The notes below the pieces were generated by a model that had not been told where the DNA came from, made no database searches, and saw only the letters and a list, made by a program, of their open reading frames with translations. A stretch of 63,999 nucleotides of DNA, filler included, from Stramenopiles sp. TOSAG23-2 (taxonomy: Eukaryota): the NCBI GenBank assembly GCA_900128395.1. It is 3 parts of 3 records of this genome, joined end to end, with 100 filler letters (N's around TTAATTAATTAA, not from the genome) between each part and the next. Parts side by side here need not be neighbours in the genome. Positions count along the whole stretch, not along the records: positions 47,272 to 63,999 come from LT649668.1; 2 more parts are not named here. The stretch is one strand, 5' to 3'. This document shows positions 47,172 through 57,200 of this stretch, one piece after another. Positions within the stretch are counted from its first letter, which is position 1; the number at the start of each line of letters is the position of its first letter. The translations under genes were made by a program, and so were the position numbers.

Positions 47172-47271
47172 NNNNNNNNNNNNNNNNNNNNNNNNNNNNN
47201 NNNNNNNNNNNNNNNTTAATTAATTAANNNNNNNNNNNNNNNNNNNNNNNNNNNNNNNNNNNNNNNNNNNN
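47172..47271. other. Artificial contig linker (N44-TTAATTAATTAA-N44)
   Basis: Identical structure to 23541-23640. Confidence 0.97.
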
Positions 47272-47477
47272 AGACACGATTAGATTAAATTAGAAATCCT
47301 TAGAAAAATGGGCCATATATATATATATATATTAATATACATGTCCGTATATCAATATATAGTTTTTACAAAAAGATATATAAAAGAATAAACAAAAACA
47401 TACAGACAAATTACTATACAAACAAAAAGAAGAAAAAAAAATTTATAATTTATTAAAAGATAGATTTAAAGTAAAAA

Positions 47478-49385
47478 ATGGTATCATATGTAGATGAACA
47501 AGCAGTTGATTTTACATTATTTAATAATAATAATAATGAAACGGGAGAAAGCCTTGATCAAGTACTTCGCATTACACTTCAAAAATGCAATGGCTTAAAA
47601 AATGTTGATTTATTTGGAAAGTCAGATCCATATGTATCGCTGAAAGACTTTAATGCTAGTCTTATCCTTGGAGAGAATAAAAAAGGACTAAAAAAAAATG
47701 CAACGGATGATACCATGAAAGGTAGAGTTGTGGAGAATGATTTAAATCCTGAATTTAACGAGAATTTTTATTTTCTTATTTCATCAAAACTAACACGTTG
47801 TAAACTCATAGTAAAAGATGATGGCATTTCAGATTCTACGTTGGGTACTCGAACATTAGGTTTGACTGGAATAGATGGTGAAGCAACTATTGATCTCATG
47901 CCAACTAGTAAAGCGGGCACAGCTACATATTCATACCGCCGTGCACCGTTGCATAAAGCATTGCAAATGGAAGGTTTTAGTGAAGTTGATTGGAATGCTT
48001 CAACTTCGTTTCCAACAACATGTAAACGTGTTATTGCAATCACTGTGTTATGTGGTTCAGATTTGCACGATGGCCAACAAGAATATTATTTAAAAATTAA
48101 AGATTTCAATGTTGATGTTCAAGGTGGTACATATGATAATGGGAAAAAATCCAAAACGCTGATTTCACGATCTGCTGATGGTACTGCTGAATGGAATCAA
48201 AGTTTTATTTTCGTTGCACCGCAAGTTGATGGTGGCACAGTTCCCACGTGCGAGCTTGTTCTTTACGACGATGATTTTCTTAAAGATGACAAACTTTCTA
48301 CTGGAATCTTATCAATGGAAAAGGCATCTGGCGTAGTTGACGTAGCAATGAAACCACGCGGTTCCATTAGGATACAATATGCTCAAATGGATTTGGATAT
48401 TGGTAGTGAATACAATGCAGAGGAGGAAAAGGCGGAAATGGAAGCAGAGTTGGCAAGGATTGCGGAGGAAGAAAGGGAGAGACGTGAAGCGGAAGAGGCA
48501 CGAGCAGAAGCAGAAGCGCAAGCAGCAGCCCTTCGATTGGCAGCTGAACAAGCTAAGCAAGAAGCTGAACGAAAAGCAGCTGAAGAGAAAGCAAAATTAG
48601 AAGAAGAATTAAGGCTTGCAAAGGAAGCAGCTGAAGCTGCAGAAATAGCGAGACAAGAGGCAATACAAAAAGCTAAAGATGATGAAGCGGAACGTTTAAG
48701 ACTTGAAGCCGAGGCAAAAGCGGAAGCGGAAAGAATTGCGGCTCAAGAAGAAGCTTTGCGTATTGCAGCAGAAAAAGCGGAAGAAGAACGATTAAGATTA
48801 GAAGCGGAGGCAAAAGCAGCTGCCGAGGCAGAAGCTGCAGCGAGGGAAGCAGAACGCGTAGCTAGAGCTTTGGAAGTGAAACGTCAAAATATTTTAAAAA
48901 CTTGCACTATTACAAATACACCAAATTCGTGTGTAGGTCCAGCACTACCAAATTGTAGTCAAGGTCAAGACCCATTCACAAATCCATCTGATGTTGTAAC
49001 AAATGCTGTTATGAAATATGGATTTATTGCTGGTTGTGATCTTAGGTACATTCAAAACGTTGATGGCAAATGCTATTATTATGGTGGCGGGGAAGGCAGT
49101 GGCGCAGGAAATAATACGGTTATGCTTATTAATCCAAGAAATTTTCATGCTTTGCATACACCTGGAGAAACTGTGGGTGCACAATTAGCTCAAGGCGGGC
49201 AGCATAACGATACTGGTGGTGAAAACAGATTGGACAAAGCACTTACATTAGCAATTAAAGCTGGACATGTACCGGGACAAAGTCTTCGATATATTCAATT
49301 TGCTGGTGGTAAAATCTACTTTTATGGTCCTGGTGGTAGCTCGGGTGCTGCTGGTAATGATTGTTTCCGTTTTGATCCAAAGTAA
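47478..49385 (+). CDS. Tandem C2-domain protein with an E/A/K/R helix and a duplicated Gly-rich C-terminal module
   Basis: LKNVDLFGKSDPYV..LNPEFNENF (C2A); WNQSF..LYDDDFLKDD (C2B); charged helix. Confidence 0.85.
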   Translation: MVSYVDEQAVDFTLFNNNNNETGESLDQVLRITLQKCNGLKNVDLFGKSDPYVSLKDFNASLILGENKKGLKKNATDDTMKGRVVENDLNPEFNENFYFLISSKLTRCKLIVKDDGISDSTLGTRTLGLTGIDGEATIDLMPTSKAGTATYSYRRAPLHKALQMEGFSEVDWNASTSFPTTCKRVIAITVLCGSDLHDGQQEYYLKIKDFNVDVQGGTYDNGKKSKTLISRSADGTAEWNQSFIFVAPQVDGGTVPTCELVLYDDDFLKDDKLSTGILSMEKASGVVDVAMKPRGSIRIQYAQMDLDIGSEYNAEEEKAEMEAELARIAEEERERREAEEARAEAEAQAAALRLAAEQAKQEAERKAAEEKAKLEEELRLAKEAAEAAEIARQEAIQKAKDDEAERLRLEAEAKAEAERIAAQEEALRIAAEKAEEERLRLEAEAKAAAEAEAAAREAERVARALEVKRQNILKTCTITNTPNSCVGPALPNCSQGQDPFTNPSDVVTNAVMKYGFIAGCDLRYIQNVDGKCYYYGGGEGSGAGNNTVMLINPRNFHALHTPGETVGAQLAQGGQHNDTGGENRLDKALTLAIKAGHVPGQSLRYIQFAGGKIYFYGPGGSSGAAGNDCFRFDPK

Positions 49386-49390
49386 TTATA

Positions 49391-49972
49391 TTGAATGAAG
49401 CATCCGAATTGCCATATCAGGTAAATGATATTAATGTCTTTCTTGAATACAATCGCGGTGAACAAGATCTACAAGCTATCGAAATTTTGCAAAATATTGA
49501 GACGATAAGTGTATGTGCATCAATTATGGGTGGAGTAATCATGGGTTTGTCGGCTATGTTATGGTATTGTTCACACCACCTTACACGAACATATCGTTAC
49601 AACCTGGGCGTCTCGTTAACATTTTTAATGTTTGCAACATCATGGGGATTAGGGTGGTACGTATTGATTGGGTCGATAAATAACGTATACGACCGCTGTC
49701 ATAGCCATAATCCAACTATCACTGACGTAAAAAACCCATCGTACTCATATGAAGGGTATAGATACCTTTGTAAAGATGGAAATAATCGTATTGGAACTGG
49801 AAATGCTTTTAATGTATTGTTGTTGATCATGACTCCAATTTATTTCCTATCAAATTGGTGTGGTAAAATTTTTAAACCGAAGATGTGTTGTAAAGGTGTA
49901 CAAAGTAACTTTATGGAAACTGCAGCAGAATTCGATTTAGATGAAAGGGCACATTTAACACATGAGCAGTAA
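49391..49972 (+). CDS. Three-TM membrane protein fragment lacking an obvious start
   Basis: 193-codon ORF opening with TTG 5 bp after the C2-gene stop; three hydrophobic helices and a Cys-containing loop. Confidence 0.45.
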   Translation: MNEASELPYQVNDINVFLEYNRGEQDLQAIEILQNIETISVCASIMGGVIMGLSAMLWYCSHHLTRTYRYNLGVSLTFLMFATSWGLGWYVLIGSINNVYDRCHSHNPTITDVKNPSYSYEGYRYLCKDGNNRIGTGNAFNVLLLIMTPIYFLSNWCGKIFKPKMCCKGVQSNFMETAAEFDLDERAHLTHEQ

Positions 49973-50363
49973 AAATATGCGAGAAAATTAAATATTTGTA
50001 TATTTTGAAGAATTTGGATTTGATTTTATTTCTAATTGCTGTATATGATACATTTGTGTGTGTTATAAAGTTAAAACATAATATATTAAATATTTAGAAT
50101 AATTGTGTGTGTTGTAATTTATCATTTATATAATCATAAATTAAAAGAAATTTACGGTGGTTCGTATATAATACATGTGAGTAAGAGAAAATTTTTATAT
50201 ATTATGATTATTATATATATATATATATATATAATATTTAAAAAAATATATTATGTGTAAGACAATTTTTTATATTTAAATATGTGTACGAACAGCTGGT
50301 CGTACATTAAATCTCTCTTTTTTATTTTACCGTCATACGAATTCGTATTTTAGAGTAATAGAT

Positions 50364-52274
50364 TCACAATCTTGATCTGCCATTTACAATTATATTATAT
50401 GCATTTTCATCCAATTTTTCATATTTTTGAACACCTGAATTATACCAATACAATACGTCTTTAACAACATTTGGATTAAAACCTTCCTTTACAAAATCAA
50501 CTTTACGTTGCTTAAACGTAGTTGTACTTTGCATTTCTGGCAATAATCGGACAAACAATGGACGTTGATATGTTGCTAAATTATCATCCACATGTTTCAA
50601 AAAACCATTGAAATCTGGCACTTTTTGATCCTCTGTCGTAACTGCAACCATGCACGCACGCCCGTCTTCAGTCCCTGGTATTTTCACACCATAAACGTTT
50701 GCTTCAGTGATTCCATTAATATCACTGATGGCCGCTGCAACTTCACCAGTGCTAACATTTTCACCTTTCCATCGGAATGTGTCTCCAACACGATCAACGA
50801 ACCATACAAAATTATCTTCATCATACCTTAAAAGGTCACCAGTTCGAAAGTAACGATCACCTTTTTCCAACACATCCGTTAAAATTTTTTTCTCTGTAGC
50901 TTTTGAGTCTGTATATCCATCAAATTTGATGGTCGGTTCAATTAAGCCCACAAGTTCTCCTGCTTTACCTCTTGGACATTGTATACAAAGACCAGTTTTT
51001 GGATCGCGTACTGGCATTTCAGTTGCCGTATCGTGTTCGATTATGACTACATCGCCACGTAACATTTTCGTTGCCATGTCAATATTTCCACAAGCGCCGG
51101 CACCAGGGAAATTGATAAAATCAGTAGTTTTAGTATGATTCATAAATTGTTGGTTACCTTCAGTGGCACCGTAAAACTCACCAATTTCTGGTATTTTGAA
51201 ACGCTTTTGAAATGGTATCCATGACTCTGGCCTCATACCATTACCAAATGCAATGCGTAAACTATGTTTCGTATCAAATGGAGTTGGATTTGAATTTAAC
51301 AAGTACCTTGCCAATTCTCCGATATACTGTGTGCATGTAGCATTATATTTAGTGCAATGTTCCATAAATCTACTTGCACTAAATTTACGAGAAACAACGG
51401 TCGTGCATCCTTGTGAGAAGCACCCAGCACCAAGCATTCCACCAGCGCTATGATACAAAGGTAAGCATGTATATAAAATGTCATCTTTACTAATTCCCAG
51501 ATACGAAGACATATATGCACCTGCAACCATGAATCTAAAATTAGTCATAATACATGCTTTCGGCAACCCAGTCGTTCCAGATGTGTAAATATAACCAAAG
51601 ATGCTATCAATATCTGTCCCCGCTCTTAAACTTTTATCAACAGGAGTTGATGGAGCGTTCAATAAGATATCGTCCAATGATTGACCAATGCTACTGCTGT
51701 TGCTGCTTTTTGATGCACTAGTGCTGCCACTATATGAAACAAAGATTGGCATATTATTTAAGTCTTTGTACACGTCTAAGACTACATCTTCTAACTCTGC
51801 ACCATATATCATTTTATTGCAATTTCCAGTTTGCAATGCATGTAATAACGTTTTTTTTTTATTGTTTGAATTGATCATTGCAACAACCACACCAACTTTG
51901 CATAACCCAATCCATGTCATAATGTATTCAGGTCGATTTTCCATAAATAAAGCCACCACATCACGATTTTTCATTCCAGCGCTAACTGCCCAATTTGCAA
52001 TTTTATTCGAATACATTTCTACTTCTGCAAAGGTGTAAGATTGTCCAGTCTCAGCATTTATCAATGCAACTTTGTCTCCCGGAACTCTTGTTAAAGTTTC
52101 ATACCATAAATCTGCTTGTGTAAATTCTTTTCCACGATTTCCCACAATTTTAAGCATGACCCCACTGTTTATATTTTGCAAAATTTGTAAATTTTTTCGT
52201 ACTTGATAATTCTTTTCAAGATATGCGATACCACCTGCAAAAGCAAGTGCTGCACCAACAGCTATATTTGCCAT
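50364..52274 (-). CDS. Fatty acid transport protein / very-long-chain acyl-CoA synthetase (FATP, SLC27 family), peroxisomal
   Basis: YIYTSGTTGLPKA, EFYGATEG, YFRTGDL and DRVGDTFRWKGENV motifs; PTS1 -SRL. Confidence 0.95.
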   Translation of the reverse strand: MANIAVGAALAFAGGIAYLEKNYQVRKNLQILQNINSGVMLKIVGNRGKEFTQADLWYETLTRVPGDKVALINAETGQSYTFAEVEMYSNKIANWAVSAGMKNRDVVALFMENRPEYIMTWIGLCKVGVVVAMINSNNKKKTLLHALQTGNCNKMIYGAELEDVVLDVYKDLNNMPIFVSYSGSTSASKSSNSSSIGQSLDDILLNAPSTPVDKSLRAGTDIDSIFGYIYTSGTTGLPKACIMTNFRFMVAGAYMSSYLGISKDDILYTCLPLYHSAGGMLGAGCFSQGCTTVVSRKFSASRFMEHCTKYNATCTQYIGELARYLLNSNPTPFDTKHSLRIAFGNGMRPESWIPFQKRFKIPEIGEFYGATEGNQQFMNHTKTTDFINFPGAGACGNIDMATKMLRGDVVIIEHDTATEMPVRDPKTGLCIQCPRGKAGELVGLIEPTIKFDGYTDSKATEKKILTDVLEKGDRYFRTGDLLRYDEDNFVWFVDRVGDTFRWKGENVSTGEVAAAISDINGITEANVYGVKIPGTEDGRACMVAVTTEDQKVPDFNGFLKHVDDNLATYQRPLFVRLLPEMQSTTTFKQRKVDFVKEGFNPNVVKDVLYWYNSGVQKYEKLDENAYNIIVNGRSRL

Positions 52275-53137
52275 ATTTAATGTTTATGTTTTTATATTTC
52301 TAATATGATCTGTAATAATAATAATAATAAATTATATGTAAATTTATTCAACAAATAAATAAATATAAAATCTTACACCACTATCTAATAATATATATAC
52401 GAGACGACTCTATATATTTACAATAATTAATATTATATATATCAGACGATTATTACCAGAGATTATAATATTAATAATAGTGCTGGAGTGCTGCTATAAT
52501 TCTAAATAATAATAGTCTATACAAAATTAAAATTAAAATCTTTTTCATTTTTTTTATTTTTTTTTTTTTCTGGTCGGTGGCTATGATGACGAAGGTGCGA
52601 AGGCTGGGAAAATTCTCTAGACTATTATACCACGTTGGAAGGCCCAGGGCAGGGCAGGGAGGGAAGTACTCAGGAAACCCCGCTATGCTATTCGCATATA
52701 CAGTATGGCAGCGACAGCTGCCATACTGTATATACTCAGGAAATGAATGGCACTATGCTTGAACATTTTTTTTTTCAGATCGAAAAAATATCGACATCTA
52801 AATTCCAAAAATGTCATCACTGATTTTAGTAAAATTTTGAGTGAAAAATATCATTGCAAAACTGATGATATTAATATTTAAATGACGAAAACGACAAATA
52901 ACTTGAAAAATTAAATTATTTAATCTGATAATATCCGAAAATATGCATCTCGTAAAAAAAAAAAATGTTCAAGCAAAGTGCCATTCGTTTATCAGGTAGG
53001 AGGGAAGACCTGGAAGACAAGAAAGGATCCTCTAGGGAAGGCTGTACTATACAGTACAGTATGTAGCTAGAAGCTGGAAGGTTGCGAAGGCCAGAAGGCT
53101 GGAACAAAATAGGAAAACGGAAATGCCAGAATGGTGT

Positions 53138-53583
53138 CTCGGTGTCCGCGATCCCTACTAGATGTGGACTTGGCACCTATGAAAATTTAGTATTCTTATT
53201 TGTACTTAAATAGACTATTTGAATTTTTTTTTTGCGGATAAATTGGTTTTTGTATTTGATATAAAAACCAAAATGGGAGAATCTGCATTTTATATCCATT
53301 TAGTATATAAATAATATATACTTAAAAGTACCAAATTTTATATTTTTGGCGAGTGCCATGAATACTTTCTACACATTTTGCATTTTGATAGCAAGCATAG
53401 GCTTGTTAGTATATGGCCATGAATACTTTCTACACATTTGTTTCGAGAGGGTACCAAAATCGTACTTGATAGAATATATGAAATTTGATAGGTGCCAAGT
53501 TTACACCGAGTCTTCGCTTGCGCTCAGAATTCCTGATTTTGGGCTGTAGCAGGCGAAGATGAGGGGATCGAGTACGCGATCCC
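53138..53583. other. Inverted-repeat / multi-hairpin element (MITE-like or structured ncRNA)
   Basis: ACTTGGCACCTAT (53168-53180) vs ATAGGTGCCAAGT (53488-53500); CTCGGTGT (53138) vs ACACCGAG (53503); hairpins at 53511-53559 and about 53564-53583; internal 24-bp direct repeat at 53355 and 53416. Confidence 0.55.
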
Positions 53584-53882
53584 GATGAGAGAGAATAAGA
53601 AAGGCTGGAGGTATTAGTCTAGTCGTCTACATAGCTTAGCTAGTTAGCAACCTTAATACCTGCTGGTATAAATTAAAATAAATAGTCGTCTATAATAACA
53701 AAACAATTCATCAAAGCACTCACACTCAACAAAACGTGCAAACAACAAACGCAAATACAAAACAACAACAACACCCCCACATGTAACAGGATTAGATTTA
53801 AAATTAAATTTACATACATTATATTAGACTATCGAAAAGATACACTGTAAAACAAAAATAATATTTTCTTCGTGCATGCAAT

Positions 53883-56582
53883 ATGGATGCAAATATTAAT
53901 TATTATTATTTTGCATTTACAAGTGTATCTATATTTACATTCGTTTGTTTTGGAAGTTTTCGTTTAAAACAAGTATTCAATCAAATTAAGAAGTTAAAAA
54001 AAAGTTATGGGAAGGACAAGGATAATATTAATAATAAAGAAAATAATACTAGTAATAGTTATCTTAAGTTTCCATCAAAAAAAAATAATAGTAATAAATA
54101 TGAACCATTAATTTCCAATAATGACGAACAAGATAACGAAATGGACTTGCGTTTAAATAACTACAACACTAACTTAATTGTAGAAATTGGCATGGACAGT
54201 AACATTGTCACAAAAGAAGGTGCAATGGGCGCCGTGCCAGGATTCAACATTTATTACTTAATCTTTTGCACAACATTATGCCTCTTGCAAATTATAGGCT
54301 GGATATTCGAATGTTACAGACCAATTCTTGCTTCAAACGACATATTTTCTATGAATCACCAAATCTTATGTATATGCAATAGTACACTTTGGTTTGGATG
54401 CATAATTTGGAGTTTTTTTGCATTTTACTATCGAAAAGATGGTGTAAGCCCGACATTTGGATTCCTCGGGGCCTGGTGGGCTGTACAAAGTATATCTACC
54501 CCATTGCTACTGTTATCACAAGATATTAAAGTTTGGGATGAAGATTTGAAGTTATCATATTTAAGCAAAATAATGAATGTAATTCGACTTTTTTCACCTA
54601 CATGTCTGTTTTTCTTAACGGTTCCTATATTTGTTGAAGCATTATTTGTATATAAAAATCCAAAAGATAGATTGAATGAATCCGCGTTAAGTACCAATGG
54701 TCATAATAGGAAAACATCCGCAAGTAGATTATGGAATTTGACACGAAAACACCGTCAATGGTTAATAAGTGGATGTATTGTCTTATTAGTTAGATTACCA
54801 TTTTCTTTGTCCATTCCTCATTTTATCAGCCAAGTTATTGGTGGGCTAGTATCGGAACCAAAAAATTTGAGTTTGGTAAAGGAATCCATTATTTCCATTT
54901 TTATAGCTGGGACTATTGATTCCTTTTTAGATTTTTGGTGTGTATATTTATTTGGTGTTGCTCAACAAAAAATTATTTTGGATCTACGTCGTAATGTGTT
55001 TAAAGCATTACTGAGTCAAGACATGGAATTTCACGATGTGACATCATCTGGTGAAATGACAAGTAGACTAACAGCTGATTGTGCAGAGATGGCAAATGAT
55101 TTGACATGGGTTTTTCGATTTTTCATTGAAGCACTAGTGCGCATAGGGGGAATCATGGGATACATGCTTGTGCGTAGTTGGAGACTTTCGTTGTTAGCAT
55201 TAAGTATAATCCCAATAACAAGTCTAATCAACGTTTTTTATGGCAAATGGATGTGGAAAAACCAAGCGCGGGTTCAAACAGCCATTGCGGAAGCTAATAG
55301 CGTGGCACAAGAAGTCCTTGGTGCAATACGCACGGTATTTTCATTTGCAAGGGAAGACGAGGAGCATGGGCGATATTCCTCGCGGTTGGTAAAATGGTAT
55401 GATTTGATGGTTTTGCAATTGTTTATTCAAGGAGTATATTATGGAATGTGCAATACGTTTCTTATAAATACATGTGTCCAAGGAAGCCTTTTGATTTACG
55501 GGAGTTGGCTGGTACAACAAGGTGCTTTAAAAGCAGAAATATTGTTAGCATTTATGCTTTACCAAGGTCAACTGCAAGAATATTTTCAAAATTTATTCAA
55601 TTCATATACGAGTTTGATTAAAAGTTTTGGTGCCGGAAAGAAAGTGTTTGAATATCTTGATAGAACGCCACGTTGCAAGAGACCTGGCAAAAACAATGAT
55701 ATAAATAGCGACATATTGCATACTCCAATTGGGAATAACAACAACAACAAAAACAATATGGGAGATATCCATTTTCATAATGTTTCATTTGCATACCCAT
55801 CACGCCCAGAAGCAATAGTTTTAAGGAATTTTAAAATGACAGTCAAGGAAGGAGAAATGGTTGCACTAGTTGGTCCATCTGGTGCTGGAAAATCTACTGT
55901 TTTCCATTTACTGCAGCATTTTTATGATCCTGACGAGGGAGCTATTTTTGTTGGAAATAAAAACTTAAAAAACTACAATCATAATGCTTTACATAACGAT
56001 TTTGCGATTGTTGGACAAGAGCCAACTTTGATGTCTGGTAATATTGAAGATAATATTTTATATGGTTTAGGTGGGATGGATACCTTTTCAATAGACGAGA
56101 AAAAAAAACTACGCAAAAATGTAGTAGCTTGTGCAAAGCTGGCAAATGCGCATAATTTTATTGTATCATTGCCAAATAGGTACGAAACAGATGTTGGCGA
56201 GAAAGGCGTACAGCTTTCAGGAGGCCAAAAACAACGGATTGCAATTGCAAGATGTCTTATCCAAGACCCGAAAGTGCTTTTGTTGGACGAAGCAACTTCT
56301 GCACTAGATTCTGAAAGCGAAGCATTAGTACAAGAGGCACTTGAGAAAGCTATGCATGGTCGTACCACCATTGTTATTGCACATAGATTATCAACTGTAT
56401 CAAAAGCTGATAGGATCTATGTGCTTGCATCAGGTAGCATTGTCGAAGAAGGTACACATAAAAAACTCATGCAAAAACCAACGCCGATTGCTAATAACAG
56501 AAAAATAGGAATCGTGGAAGATGAGGTAGTTCAGCAACACTTGACATATCGTCAATTAGTCGAGCGTCAATCTGGATTCTAA
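53883..56582 (+). CDS. ABC subfamily B half-transporter (TAP/ABCB9-like) with an extra N-terminal TM region
   Basis: Walker A GPSGAGKST, signature LSGGQKQR, Walker B LLLDEATSALD; ABC_membrane domain. Confidence 0.95.
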   Translation: MDANINYYYFAFTSVSIFTFVCFGSFRLKQVFNQIKKLKKSYGKDKDNINNKENNTSNSYLKFPSKKNNSNKYEPLISNNDEQDNEMDLRLNNYNTNLIVEIGMDSNIVTKEGAMGAVPGFNIYYLIFCTTLCLLQIIGWIFECYRPILASNDIFSMNHQILCICNSTLWFGCIIWSFFAFYYRKDGVSPTFGFLGAWWAVQSISTPLLLLSQDIKVWDEDLKLSYLSKIMNVIRLFSPTCLFFLTVPIFVEALFVYKNPKDRLNESALSTNGHNRKTSASRLWNLTRKHRQWLISGCIVLLVRLPFSLSIPHFISQVIGGLVSEPKNLSLVKESIISIFIAGTIDSFLDFWCVYLFGVAQQKIILDLRRNVFKALLSQDMEFHDVTSSGEMTSRLTADCAEMANDLTWVFRFFIEALVRIGGIMGYMLVRSWRLSLLALSIIPITSLINVFYGKWMWKNQARVQTAIAEANSVAQEVLGAIRTVFSFAREDEEHGRYSSRLVKWYDLMVLQLFIQGVYYGMCNTFLINTCVQGSLLIYGSWLVQQGALKAEILLAFMLYQGQLQEYFQNLFNSYTSLIKSFGAGKKVFEYLDRTPRCKRPGKNNDINSDILHTPIGNNNNNKNNMGDIHFHNVSFAYPSRPEAIVLRNFKMTVKEGEMVALVGPSGAGKSTVFHLLQHFYDPDEGAIFVGNKNLKNYNHNALHNDFAIVGQEPTLMSGNIEDNILYGLGGMDTFSIDEKKKLRKNVVACAKLANAHNFIVSLPNRYETDVGEKGVQLSGGQKQRIAIARCLIQDPKVLLLDEATSALDSESEALVQEALEKAMHGRTTIVIAHRLSTVSKADRIYVLASGSIVEEGTHKKLMQKPTPIANNRKIGIVEDEVVQQHLTYRQLVERQSGF

Positions 56583-56643
56583 AAACACGCACATCATATT
56601 TTTACACAAAGCAGGGAGTATGAAAAGAATGTGGGGGTGTACA

Positions 56644-56724
56644 TATATGTGTTTTTCTCTTACTCATATGTTATATAAAATTCTTTTACTCCCGTGTATA
56701 TGTGTTTTTCTCTTACTCATATGT
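56644..56724 (+). repeat. Two exact copies of the 28-bp 3'-flank motif
   Basis: 56644-56671 = 56697-56724 = reverse complement of 28313-28340. Confidence 0.85.
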
Positions 56725-57200
56725 ATATATATATCATAAATTACGTATATGTGTACCGAACGCATTTAAATTGTATTGAGTTAATTCTATACGCGACCCA
56801 GTAATATTTAATTTTTTGTGGCAGATTTTATAAAAATATTCGTATGTTTTTTGACTTAATGATATCTTATTCCTACTCTTCAAAAGAATACAATAAAACT
56901 GAGACAATAAATATCCATCTCACACTAGGGTGTTGATATTCTAAATATATATATAAAAGAGAATACCAAATGAAGGCAAATATACGTCTCGTATCATATT
57001 TATATATATAATATCATACGAGACATATCATATTATATAATATATTAAAAATAGAGTACGTATCATTCGTTCTCTCTCTCTCCCTCCCTCTCTCTATCGA
57101 ATATACTGGAAGTATATACAAATATATGTGTGTGTGTGTGTGTGTCTGTATGTGTGGGAAATACACGGCTTCATTTTCAATATGGTTCGTATCAATTGTC

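Noticed and set aside
53558-53600. Possible hammerhead ribozyme (GATGA + stem)
   Set aside because: Lacks the CUGANGA and GAAA core nucleotides.
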